A DNA stretch of 64,000 nt from Macrostomum lignano (GCA_002269645.1 NIVC01001675.1:1-64000); one strand, 5' to 3'; counted from the stretch's first letter, positions 24,101-36,203 are shown. Numbers and translations are program-made. Notes: a model not told the origin generated them from the sequence alone.

Positions 24101-27100
24101 AAAAAATGGTTCGCTAATCAGTTCGATATCTAGTAGTTTGATAGTAACAGGCAATATAAATTAATTGTAGGTAGCAAACAGCTATTTTTTAATCCTGCGT
24201 ATTATTTTTATTTCCTTTAGAAAGAAGCCACGTGACCCACGCGTCATTTTTGTTGTGGAAATATAAAACTACAAAGATGTTGCCAGCCATAAATATCTGT
24301 CAGCCAAGCGCAGGGTAGAGAATGACACTCGAATAGAAAGATAATTATTCTTGGCTAGCGAGTGCAAGATGCTGAGTGAGTCATGCTCATCGAGTTCCCC
24401 CATTTTATATTTTCTGCACATAAAAATTATTGTTATATTGGTCTTTGAGGTATAGGAGCGGCCATTGTTCAGCGAATATAAATTTCATCAGCATTTCATC
24501 TCCCTCCTGCCGCTCTGTGCCGCCGTTCTGTTATGACTCTTTGTGCTCGCTTGAGTGCCAGGCTGCTCGGGCGGTGAATCGTGAGTCATGCTCAGCAACT
24601 GGAGCTCGGTCTGAATGGGTCTGGGGGAGGGGAGGGGGCTTCGTGGCGGCAGCTGCTGAGGCAGCCACTCGCTCTGTCCCCCCGTCCCAGTCAGTCACTG
24701 GAAATTTTCCGTTTTGACAGGCCAGCGGGGGGGGGGTCCTAGGGGGCACCTGGCGGTTTCGCGTGCCGCTTCTTCTTAACGACCCCAATCTTCTATTCTA
24801 TCATTTTTCTGGACCTTAGCAACTAAGGGTTTTAAGGCAGAGAGACTTCTCAAACAATGCGCAAGTTTTTTTCGGTTAATATTTTTTCAGCTCCAGATTT
24901 GAAGGAGTGTTAGGCGGCTTTTATTGCTTGGCATTGTTAAATGCGGAATATTTTATAAAGACGAGATAAATAAGCTTTGCTTCGTTTACCGAGATATTTC
25001 ATTTCTTGATGAACTCGCGAGATGTCCCAAGTAAATTCGGCACCCCCACTCCAGTCTTTGCTAAAAAAACAACATTGTAAAATACAGGCTCCCAGAAGTC
25101 CCCTTTGAAAAGTTTGAAAACACGGGGCCCTTTTTGTCATCTGCTCTGACTAACTGACTAACTTGTGTTGTGTGGTTTCTTGTTATTGCGGTTCCGAGTG
25201 TGGGGGGGTCGCCTGCCTGCTTTGCATAACTTTTTGCTTTATGATTTCAAAGCCAAGTTTCAAGCTGTCTAGCATTTTGATACAGTGCCAACGTTCTCAA
25301 TCATTTATCATTGGCGCGTTGTAATAGGAATTGTTCTCAACTGTCCCACACCCGACTCTGACAGAGAAGGTTTTCGAATTTATAATTTAGCTTTTATGAG
25401 GCCTTGGCAACAAAAGCCAGATCCGTACATTATAACTGAGTTGAGGGATGAGGCAGTGTGACTCACAGCGCAACCTTCAGTTCCAAAAATCCGCGGCAAC
25501 ACACTGATTGCGTAAAGCGTAGATCTGAGAGGGAGCTACTAAGTCTGCTTTAATAAGTGATTAAAATCTTAATAATGCTAATGACAGCAGGTAGTTATGG
25601 AATTTGAAACAGTTGCCAAGTTAACGGTTTTCGGGGCTTCTAATTTAATGCCTTTGTGTTCCCTGCTCAGTCAGTGCTCAGTTTTCATTCTTCTCTTAGT
25701 AGATGACTCACTGTCTCACTGTCCATGTTAGTTATTAGTGAATTATTTTGCTAAGTCTTAGATTGTCTGGTTGGAGTGTTTCATAAGTTTGCTTTGAAAT
25801 TTGTGTCAGCGAAGCTTGAATTATAGATTAAAAGCTATGAAGTGAGAGTCTGGGAGCCCCATGGATTAGAGTCTGGGAGCGCCATGGATTAGAGTCTGGG
25901 AGCGCCATGAAGTGAGAGTCAGGCAGCGATATGATGTAAGAGTCAGGGAGCGATATGAAGTGAGAGTCAGGCAGCGATATGAATTGAGAGTCAGGGAGCG
26001 ATATGAAGTGAGAGTCAGGGAGCGATATGATGTGAGAGTCAGGGAGCGATATGAAGTGAGAGTCAGGGAGCGCCATGAAGTGAGAGTCAGGGAGCGATAT
26101 AAAGTGAGAGTCAGGGAGCGATATGATGTGAGAGTCAGGGAGCGATATGATGTGAGAGTCAGGGAGCGATATGAAGTGAGAGTCAGGGAGCGATATGAAG
26201 TGAGAGTCAGGGAGCTATATGATGTGAGAGTCAGGGAGCGATATGAAGTGAGAGTCAGGGAGCGATATGAAGTGAGAGTCAGGGAGCAATATGATGTGAG
26301 AGTCAGGGAGCGATATGAAGTGAGAGTCAGGCAGCGATATGATGTGAGAGTCAGGGAGCGATATGAAGTGAGAGTCAGGGAGCGATATGAAGTGAGAGTC
26401 AGGCAGCGATATGAAGTGAGAGTCAGGGAGCGATATAAAGTGAGAGTCAGGGAGCCATATGATGTGAGAGTCAGGGAGCGATATAAAGTGAGAGTCAGGG
26501 AGCGATATGAAGTGAGAGTCAGGGAGCGATATGATGTGAGAGTCAGGGAGCGATATGAAGTGAGAGTCAGAGAGCACCATGAACAAATTGCCTAGCCAAG
26601 AGTGCCAATGAGACAGGAGCATTGTCACTGGTTAAGAAAATTAAATAACATGGCAGTTGTGGAGTTGTGGCACGATTCTGTTTACAACAATTTCAGAGTA
26701 CATTTTTATCCCAAATATGTCTCATCCCATAGTAAAGATAATATTATTTAATCATAAACACAATTATTATAGAGGTCGTAATTGCAGTCTGTGCACTGAC
26801 TGGCGGTGGAACCAAAAACAACAAAAGCAGAAGTAGTACAGAACAATGGGTTCGCTTAATATTTTTCATAAACAATCCACGTTCTGGTAGAAAAACACAA
26901 CCGGTGACATTCAAAATTCCCGCTCTGGAAGTTTGTAAAGGCGGGTTGCTTCTGGTCGCTGTTTTTCCACGATCGGCAAACTTTATGTAGAGTTCGATGC
27001 CGCACAAAGAGCGGGTTTTGGGCAGTGGGGTTGGGAAAAATTGAATCATAAAACTGAGCGGGAAGGCCCAAAGGCATGATGGAAACCAAGGTAGAAATTG

Positions 27101-28196
27101 TGTGGGGGCGGTTCGTGGCGGGGGAGGTGAGGGGTTGGGGCCTTGGGGGTGAGTTTTTGACACGGTGCCAAGAACGCAGAATTGTGCTGGCTAACTAAAT
27201 CGATCGGAAATAGAATAAGTTGGGGGGGGTTGAGCTCGGAGCGAGGGCCATAGGCCATCGACAAAGACTTAAATAATAATGTCTTTGTCAACGCTAACGA
27301 TCGGACAAGCCTGTTAAATCCATTGCTTGCTTTTGCCTCGAGGCCAGTTTGACTTTTTAACACATTTTGCCATTCAAGCGTTGCGTCTTCTACAGTTTAC
27401 ACTTTGTTTTGTTTAACTTGAGCATTGTCACCTCGGTCATGCATCAGTGCTTGAGGCGATCACAGTATCCTTTGTTTTTAGTCTTGCCTGCGGTTTTTAG
27501 CGCTAGGTTTTGAGCAGTATAAGCCTGTTACGTTAAATCTCCCTTAGGGGGTGTGGGGGGCGAATTCGAGCATGGCACATCAGCAGTATCCAAGGCTTTG
27601 CTGTGGGCTGCTTGGTAATCCTTCATGCGTGACTGACTGACCCACCTAGACCTGCTACCCCCCCCCCCAACTGCCTGAGCACCTGATCCAGTGGGCAGAT
27701 AGACATCAGTTACAATTGGTGATGATATATCTACCAATGCTGCTGTGATGCAATCATCTTTTGTCTGCCAGTCAGCCAAGCCCAGCATTCTACAAACAAA
27801 GAAGGAATCCGTGCTTTCGAACTGGCTGGTGGGTTCCTCTCTCTCCCTTCCTTTTCTTCTTTCTAATCGGCAATTGAAACTTTTCTATCGAATATAAGCA
27901 TTTTCATTATTGCGTAACTGAGGGCACGAAGGCTTTGAGGGGGCGCCTCTAGAGCTCGGTGCGTGAGACCCATTCCGGGGCGAATGGTGCGAGAGGGAAT
28001 GAGTCGGAGTCGTGTGCGGACTGTGAGAAGCCCTCTCATATTTTTGGGTGTCTGTCTGGCATCTGGCCAAGTTTGTCTCCAGTTGTTTGTTTCGTCTGCT
28101 CTTCAGCTAAGACTGTCAATAGGGGCTGGTTTTCACTACTGGGTCTTTGTGCGGTCTCAAGCGCAGGGGTTAGGGATAGATAATTGATTGAGATAA

Positions 28197-28240
<44 letters not shown>

Positions 28241-28241
28241 G

Positions 28242-28272
<31 letters not shown>

Positions 28273-28273
28273 G

Positions 28274-28341
<68 letters not shown>

Positions 28342-28346
28342 CAGAC

Positions 28347-28415
<69 letters not shown>

Positions 28416-29961
28416 GGACAGAAATACAGAAAGGCGGCCACTCACTCCTTGACGGGCAGCTGGTGCTGTCTGAAGGCTCCGCACCGAATCACCAGCCGCA
28501 CAGCCTGGTTGTTAGCCGCGGCGGCTTCGAAGTTGCCGTGCAGGTAGAGCCGCACGGGCGCCAGCTCCTTGCACCAGAGGCTGGCCAGCACCTCCCGGTT
28601 CTTCAACACGATGCTCTTAGTGATCTTCTCGTCTGGCGCGGTCAGCGCCCTTTCCATGATGTCCTTCTCTGCCGAGTGGAAGCCGATGGCATACCACAGG
28701 CTGGACCCGCCCGAAGCATTCAGTCGCTGGTGAAACGAAGCCGCAGTCTGGGACTCGATCTCCTCCAGCCTCAGCTGCAGGTTGTACGGGCCCGCCTCGC
28801 TCTGGGTGCTGATGCTGGCGTCGTCGGGGTGACTTGTTGGCGTCGCTGAACTGGTCGGAGCGTCGACTTCTAGGTCGATGAGACCGTCTGACTGGTCAGC
28901 CAGATGCTGCTGCTGGCTGCAGTGGCTGGGGGTTGTCGATGAAGGCGTCTTGATGACGGAGCTCTGGGCCCCGCAGGGGCTGCCGCCGCTCATCGCCGAG
29001 GCTGCCGAAGCTGACGCCGCGTTCTGGCCGCTGTTGTAGTAGGCGTCATTGTTCAGCCGGAAGTCGCTGGGTGTGAGATGGATCGGGTGGGGGTAGGTGG
29101 CTGGTCATCGTTGATTGTTTTCTCAATGCGGGAGATGCACTGTTGTCGTCTGCTGTCATCTGCCCCCTGAGATACCCAATCCGCCCCCCTGACACACCCA
29201 ATCCACACCCTGAGACACCTAATCCGCCCCCTGAGACACCCAACCCGCTCCCTGAGACAACCAATCCGCCCCCTGAGACACCCAATCCGCCCCCTGAGAC
29301 ACCCAATCCACCCCTGAGACACCTAATCCACACCCTGAGAGACACCCAATCCGCCCCCTGAGACACCCAATCCACACCCTGAGAGACACCCAATCCACAC
29401 CCTGAGAGACACCCAATCCGCCCCCTGAGACACCCAATCCGCTCCCTGAGACACCCAGTCCGCCCCCTGAGACTCTTAATCCGGCCGGCCCCCCTGAGAC
29501 TCTTAATCCGGCCTCTGAGAGACACAATCCGCCTCCTGAGACACCCAATCCGCCCTCTGAGACACCCAACCCGCTCCCTGAGACACCCAATCCGCCTCCT
29601 GAGACACCCAATCCGCCCCCTGGGACTCTTAATCCGGCCTCTGGGCCCTGGGCCCTGTGACACCCAATTCGCCCCGAGACACCCAATCCGCCCCCTGAGA
29701 CACCCAATTCGCCCCGAGACACCCAATCCGCCCCCTGAGACACCAAAATTCGCCGCCTGAGACACTTAAACCGCCCTCTGGGAGTAAGACACAATCCGCC
29801 CATGATACTCACTTTGTGAAGCCGCCGCACTGCGACCAGTGCTGCTGGAAGACTCCGTCCTGAGCGCCCATGCAGTCAAACTTCATCACGGAGTTTTGGC
29901 CGCCACCCCACACCATGTCCTGCTGCTGTTGCTGCTGACTGGGATGCATGGAGTCGGTCAT
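20409..29961 (-). CDS. p53: Highly divergent p53-family transcription factor, 5 coding exons, ~876 aa
   Basis: Exons 29961-29813, 29066-28446, 23803-23170, 22274-21829, 21189-20409 join in frame (phases 2, 2, 0, 2), all GTGAGT donors with CAG/AAG acceptors, 2631 nt total. DBD-like motifs: [91 protein letters not shown]...RELIASAL resembles the oligomerisation domain. Confidence 0.8.
21285..21735. repeat. 34 bp minisatellite in p53-like intron 4
   Basis: Unit GCAGATTCGGGTTGCTAGGAGAGCAGATTTCAAA. Confidence 0.95.
21829..22274 (-). CDS. p53: p53-like coding exon 4 (oligomerisation-like region, poly-Q)
   Basis: Acceptor TCCTCCTAAG, phase 0; ends TA|GTGAGT. Confidence 0.75.
22305..23075. repeat. 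22-23 bp minisatellite in p53-like intron 3
   Basis: GGGGATCTTTGTTGGGATTCTAT alternating with GGGGACCTTGTTGGGATTCTAT. Confidence 0.95.
23170..23803 (-). CDS. p53: p53-like coding exon 3 (C-terminal half of DBD)
   Basis: Acceptor CCCCCCGCAG; [20 protein letters not shown]; donor GTGAGT. Confidence 0.85.
23860..24056. repeat. ~28 bp degenerate minisatellite in p53-like intron 2
   Basis: Unit CTGGGAGGCTGGCCCAGCAACTGAGGAT. Confidence 0.85.
25840..26580. repeat. 24 bp minisatellite in p53-like intron 2
   Basis: Unit GTGAGAGTCAGGGAGCGATATGAA. Confidence 0.95.
28195..28415. repeat. (GATA)n/(GACA)n microsatellite
   Basis: Seen directly. Confidence 0.97.
28446..29066 (-). CDS. p53: p53-like coding exon 2 (N-terminal half of DBD)
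   Basis: Acceptor CACCCAG; ends ...QHQLPVK GA|GTGAGT. Confidence 0.8.
29165..29790. repeat. ~21-23 bp minisatellite in p53-like intron 1
   Basis: Unit ACCCAATCCGCCCCCTGAGAC. Confidence 0.93.
29813..29961 (-). CDS. p53: p53-like coding exon 1
   Basis: [21 protein letters not shown]...GGFT; donor GTGAGT, phase 2 matches the next exon. The true start may lie further upstream. Confidence 0.65.
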
Positions 29962-30377
29962 GGCTCTGACGAGGCTAAAATCGATGTGTGAAACGGAATC
30001 GTTCTTCTCGTCCAGGATGCAGGGATATAGTGATGATGCTGCAGTTGCTGCTGCTGTAGGCTTGCTGTGCTGAGGTGTGCCGATTGGGCGGCTAACATGA
30101 CTGGGTTAAACCTAAACCTAACCTGAGCTCGATCTGTTCCAACTGTCAGGCTGGAGCTCAGCCGGTTATTCGCACCTGTTTTTCTAACCGAATTTAATCC
30201 CGGGTCTTTGGAATTCGATTGGCTCACGACTTTGCGGGCAAGGATTTTTGGGGGGTATTTTTGCCCCTGCGTTCGTTTGAGAAAATCCTAGGGAGGAACT
30301 TCTACATCTTTCCTATTGGCTGGCTCTCTTAAGAGGGGGAGGGGGTTGCTTCAGATCTCATTGTGATGCAAATAAGG

Positions 30378-31050
30378 CCTCAGATCCTTCAGTAGATGGC
30401 GCTACCCTCCTCAGATCCTTCAGTAGATGGCCCTACCCTCCTCAGATTCTTCAGTAGATAGCGCTGCCCTCCTCAGATCCTTCAGTAGATAGCGCTGCCC
30501 TCCTCAGATTCTTCAGTAGATGGCGCTGCCCTCCTCAGATCCTTCAGTAGATGGCGCTGCCCTCCTCAGATCCTTCAGTAGATGGCGCTGCCCTCCTCAG
30601 ATCCTTCAGTAGATAGCGCTGCCCTCCTCAGATCCTTCAGTAGATAGCGCTGCCCTCCTCAGATTCTTCAGTAGATGGCGCTACCCTCCTCAGATTCTTC
30701 AGTAGATGGCGCTGCCCTCCTCAGATCCTTCAGTAGATGGCGCTGCCCTCCTCAGATCCTTCAGTAGATGGCGCTGCCCTCCTCAGATCCTTCAGTAGAT
30801 GGCGCTGCCCTCCTCAGATCCTTCAGTAGATGGCGCTGCCCTCCTCAGATCCTTCAGTAGATGGCGCTGCCCTCCTCAGATCCTTCAGTAGATAGCGCTG
30901 CCCTCCTCAGATTCTTCAGTAGATGGCGCTGCCCTCCTCAGATCCTTCAGTAGATGGCGCTGCCCTCCTCAGATCCTTCAGTAGATAGCGCTGCCCTCCT
31001 CAGATTCTTCAGTAGATGGCGCTGCCCTCCTCAGATCCTTCAGTAGATGT
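30378..31050. repeat. 31 bp minisatellite between the divergent p53-like and SPTSS genes
   Basis: Unit CCCTCCTCAGATCCTTCAGTAGATGGCGCTG, ~21 copies. Confidence 0.96.
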
Positions 31051-31175
31051 TCCTACCTTCTTCATTAGCTTCAGTGCTGCCATCCTAAATTATATTTAAT
31101 TAGTGAAATAATTGCATATATCTGCTAATCAGCTTTCGATATAAATTCTCTTCTTTTTCAGCCAATCGATAAATT

Positions 31176-31442
31176 ATGAAAGAAGTTGAACCCGGCAACT
31201 TCCTCTCCAGCCTGTACTTCAAGTACATCGTGGAAACTTCAATCTACATGCTGGAGCCCTGGGAACGGAAAGTGTTCAACATAGCCATGGTGCTGATTCT
31301 GGTCATGTCGCTGTACACAGGCTGGGTGTTCCTGCCGCACCACACCGTGATCCAGCACTCCCTGGGTCTGCTGGCCTCCCTGTTCAACGGCTCCTCTGAG
31401 GGAGATCTGCAGACCGCCAGTCCAGCGACTGGGGAACTGTGA
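31176..31442 (+). CDS. SPTSSA: Serine palmitoyltransferase small subunit (ssSPT), 88 aa
   Basis: YFKYIVETSIYMLEPWERKVFNIAMVLILVMSLYTGWVFLPHH matches the family motif YMLEPWER.VFN...YTG.VF.P. A versus B paralogue cannot be assigned. Confidence 0.9.
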   Translation: MKEVEPGNFLSSLYFKYIVETSIYMLEPWERKVFNIAMVLILVMSLYTGWVFLPHHTVIQHSLGLLASLFNGSSEGDLQTASPATGEL

Positions 31443-31474
31443 GACAATGGTTGAGTACTGATGGGCATTGCTTG

Positions 31475-31710
31475 TGGGATAAAACAGTGTGGGGTCTTAG
31501 TGTGGGATAAAACAGTGTGGGATGTTAGTGTGGGGTAAAACAGGGTGTGGGATCTTAGTGTGGGATAAAACAGTGTGTGGGGTCTTAGTGTGGGATAAAA
31601 CAGGGTGTGGGATCTCAGTGTGGGATAAAACAGTGTGTGGGATTTTAGGGTGGGATAAAACAGTGTGTGGGATTTTAGGGTGGGATAAAACAGTGTGTGG
31701 GATCTCAGTG
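31475..31710. repeat. ~30 bp minisatellite downstream of SPTSS
   Basis: Unit GTGTGGGATAAAACAGTGTGTGGGGTCTTA. Confidence 0.9.
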
Positions 31711-32149
31711 CGTGTATGATGCAGCCATGCTCCTTTGTCAGTCGTGCTTTTTTAAATTTCGATAATTAATTGAAAAATCGATGCCTCTTTAAGTCACTTT
31801 TTGACCAAATTTTAACAAAGAAATATCTGTATTAACAATCTGCAAACTGGGTATTCACTGTCTCCGTTAATAAACCTGTTAACAAACCTGTGTATCAATC
31901 AGCACTGCCATTGCCATCCATCAAATCCTAATTTTTTACATCCTTTGCGTACTTTTAGTTTTGTGTTTGTACGCTCGTGTTTGAGATGAATTTGCCCAAT
32001 TCAAATTCAAATTATTTCTCGACCGTGATTTTTTTAGGATATCTGCAAGTGAAAATATAAATATAAAGATAAATGTTATGACTTGTGCGAGGGTCTCATC
32101 CTTGATCTGCGGCTTTTGGTCTTTGTTGCTTTCATTTACGGTATGTCTC

Positions 32150-32157
32150 TATCTGTC

Positions 32158-32206
<49 letters not shown>

Positions 32207-32285
32207 GTCTGTCTGTCTGTCTGTCTGTCTGTGTCTGTCTGTCTGTCTGTCTGTCTGTGTCTGTCTGTCTGTCTGTCTGTCTGCC

Positions 32286-32346
<61 letters not shown>

Positions 32347-32357
32347 GTCTGTCTGTA

Positions 32358-32452
<95 letters not shown>

Positions 32453-32472
32453 GTCTGTCTGTCTGTCTGTCT
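32150..32472. repeat. (TCTG)n microsatellite, probably intronic (donor GTATGT near 32140, acceptor near 32494)
   Basis: Seen directly. Confidence 0.95.
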
Positions 32473-32504
32473 GACCCCTATCTGTCCCCATTGCAGCAGC
32501 CGCA

Positions 32505-32780
32505 ATGAGCGGACGCGCCAGTCCAGTCAGCAGCCACCACCTCCGGGCGCCGCCACTGCTGGAGAACATCCGACTGGTCACGGAGCACCCAGAGTCGCTG
32601 CCATCCGTGGCGGAGCTGATCCGCCACCTGCCGCCCTGCATGTGGGGCTGCCGGCTGCGTCTTGCCAACGGCCGCTTTATCCGCGTGGAGGCGTCGCACC
32701 TGCTGGCGCTGGACCGCTCGGAGACCGCAGGCTGCCCTGATGGAGGAAATCAAATCGTGAATTGCCAGACTAATGACTAA
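32505..32780 (+). CDS. Unassigned GC-rich coding-like exon/ORF, 91 aa
   Basis: Follows acceptor CCCCATTGCAG; GC3-rich like the neighbouring exons; no family recognised. Confidence 0.4.
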   Translation: MSGRASPVSSHHLRAPPLLENIRLVTEHPESLPSVAELIRHLPPCMWGCRLRLANGRFIRVEASHLLALDRSETAGCPDGGNQIVNCQTND

Positions 32781-33806
32781 AACATTAAGTGTCTTAGTGA
32801 TTGATTAATTGCGGCTAATTAAGCTTAATTATCGCTAACTGGATGGTAATTACCGTTAATTGTAGGTGATTATCGTTAATTATTTCTAGTGACAAATTAT
32901 ACTAGGAAATTATCGTAAAATATTTGTAGTAAGTAATAAATTGTAGGTAATTATCGTTCATTATCTATAGTAATCATTAATTGTAGGTATTTATCGTTAA
33001 TTACCGGTAATTACCCTTTATGCAACTGTAATTTGTAGCCTTAATGCAGTTGGTAAAAGTTTGCATATTTTCAGTTCATAAGCAACATAATTATAATACT
33101 TAATAATAGTTTTCTCGCACTGTTTCAGGTTGCAATTCAGGTTTCGTACCTCTCCTCTCTTCTCAAGCCATCTTCTCTAATCTCATCTCTCCTATTCTCC
33201 GTGCAGGAGTTCCTCAATTTTTAAATCTCTGAATTATCTCTGTTGAATGGAGTGCAGTTGATTTCCTGTTTTGCTTTTGCGCTTTTAAACGTTTCGAGCC
33301 TTTTTTGCTTCAAGTCTGCTTTTTTAATTGATCATCATCAGAAATCAGCATTTTTTAGTAATAAACTCTGACAATAATATTCGAATTGTACTACTTACAC
33401 CCGCTGTCTCGGGTAGTAGTCTAATTCGCCAAGCAGCATCTGGTTGCTGGTTAGCCAGTACAGAAAGTCTGCACTCGATGGGCAAATAGTGAAATTTTTT
33501 ATGAATTCTGCTCGAATTTTGTTTGATGTCTGCATACAGACGGCCTCAGGGGGCACCGGGAGAGGCTCCGCTCTTGGAGGCTCCTTGGTTCGAGATTGTT
33601 TGAGCAAGCCACTCGTCTCGGGAATGCTGAGGCACCCTGCAAGTTAGTTTGCTAACAAATAGATGCGCTGCTGCTCCACGGCTTGTTGGAGTCTTGTTTA
33701 ACCGCTGAGTAATATATAATACGGCTGTCCGGATGTCGGCTGCTTGAGAAGGCTCCTGTGTAATTGAAGACTGCTTCTGAGTTCTTCAGCTCTGAATAGA
33801 GAGGCT

Positions 33807-35811
33807 ATGGATGCCACTCCTGCTGCTGCTGCTGATGGAGCTGGTACGCCTTGCAGTTCTGTCACTCCTGTCCAGGCACTCCAATTCTGTCACTCCAATT
33901 CTGTCACTCCTGTCCAGGCACTCCAGTTCTGTCACTCCAATTCTGTCACTCCTGTCCAGGCACTCCAATTCTGTCACTCCAATTCTGTCACTCCTGTCCA
34001 GGCACTCCAATTCAGTCACTCCTGTCCAGGCACTCCAATTCAGTCACTCCTGTCCAAGCACTCCAATTCAGTCACTCCTGTCCAGGCACTCCAATTCTGT
34101 CACTCCAATTCAGTCACTCCAATTCAGTCACTCCCGTCCAAGCACTCCAATTCTGTCACTCCTATCCAGGCACTCCAATTCAGGCACTCCAATTCAGTCA
34201 CTCCTATCCTGTCACTCCCGTCCAGGCACTTCAATTCTGTCACTCCTGTCCAGGCACTCCAATTCAGTCACTTCTATCCAGTCACTCCCGTCCAAGCACT
34301 CCAATTCTGTCACTCCTATCCAGTCACTCCTATCCAGGCACTTCACCTCAGTCACTCCTGTCCAGGCACTCCAATTCAGTCACTCCTATCCAGTCACTCC
34401 TATCCAGGCACTCCAATTCTGTCACTCCAATTCAGTCACTCCACTTGTCACTCTATCGCAGTCACTTTAGAAGTCGCTGTCTAAAATTCAGTACATACAG
34501 TATGTAAATTTAAAATTACATGAACACACGTACATTCTGTACATGTAGAATTTAGCAATTGTCAAAACGCCTGACAAGTTTGCCATGCAGCCCGCAACCG
34601 CAAAACACTTGCGCACCTGCATGCAGCTGATCAGTTGTGCAACTCCGACTACCTGGAGCACCTGTCAGTCTTGGATGAAGAATCGCAGCAGTCTCACTGG
34701 GACTTTGTGCTCAGCTTGGCTCGCGACGACCCCAAATGGTCCCACCGTCTTGCCGACCATCTGGGGCCGGATCGGTGGCTGCGGTTCCTGCTCAGCTGCC
34801 AGCCGCATCACCCTCCTGAGTACGGGCGGCAGCAGCACACTGATCCCACTAATCCCATTCTGATGGCGATTTTTCACGGCTCCCGACGGGTTCTGCTGTC
34901 ACCCGATTGGCTCGGCTCAGACTCCAATCTTGGCCAGATTTGTCTGCCCAGTCTGACCGAGCCTGGGACTCGAACCAACGCCCTCCACGCGGCCGTGCTG
35001 GGAGCGGCGGCTTCGGCCGGCTCAAAACGGCAGCTGCAATTGATTGACAGCCTGTCTGATCGGGGAATTTTATCCCGAGAGGATTTGGCCAGCCTGATTC
35101 GTCGGGAGAACTGCAGAGGCCTCCTGCCCGCTGAGCTGGCGGCCCACCTGGGCCTGCTGTCTATGGCCGAGAGCCTCCTGACTCGCTACTGGAGCGAGAC
35201 GGACGCGCCGCTGCCAGGCCAGTTGCTGACCAGCTGCCGGCTTCGGGTGCTGGATCTGAGTTGCTATGCCAGCCCGAACTTCTGCGGCACCGGGCAGCAG
35301 CTCGGCTGCCGCTTCTTCAGGAGCCCCTTGATGCTGACGATGGACCGCTTCGGGATGCGCAATGTACACCTGCTGCGGCGGCAGGCCGTGTTCCGGTGCG
35401 TGCCCACTGGTTGATTGATTGATTAATTGGTTGATTGGATAGTTGAGTGATTGGTTGGTTGGTTGAGTGATTGGTTGGTTGGTTGAGTGATTGATTGGAT
35501 GGTTGAATGATTGATTGGTTGGTTGAGTGATTGATTGGATGGTTGAGTGATTGATTGGTTGGTTGAGTGATTGATTGGTTGGTTGAGTGATTGATTGGTT
35601 GGTTGAGTGATTGATTGGTTGGTTGAGTGATTGATTGGTTGGTTGAGTGATTGATTGGTTGGTTGAATGATTGATTGATTGGTTGAGTGATTGATTGATT
35701 GATTGATTGAGTGATTGATTGATTGATTGAGTGATTGATTGGTTGGTTGAGTGATTGATTGGTTGGTTGAGTGATTGATTGGTTGGTTGAGTGATTGATT
35801 GGTTGGTTGAG

Positions 35812-35850
<39 letters not shown>

Positions 35851-36203
35851 GTGATTGATTGGTTGGTTGAGTGATTGATTGGTTGGTTGAGTGATTGATT
35901 GGTTGGTTGAGTGATTGATTGGTTGGTTGAGTGATTGATTGATTGATTGAGTGATTGATTGATTGATTGAGTGATTGATTGATTGATTGAGTGATTGATT
36001 GGTTGGTTGAGTGATTGATTGGTTGGTTGAGTGATTGATTGGTTGGTTGAGTGATTGATTGGTTGGTTGAGTGATTGATTGGTTGGTTGATTGGATGGTT
36101 GAGTGATTGATTGATTGGTTGAGTGATTGATTGATTGGTTGAGTGATTGATTGGTTGGTTGAGTGATTGATTGGTTGGTTGAGTGATTGATTGGTTGGTT
36201 GAG

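Noticed and set aside
33395-33800. Additional 5' TRPV ankyrin exons
   Set aside because: Ankyrin-like text (NTAVRMSAA) is interrupted by stops and I found no consistent splice sites.
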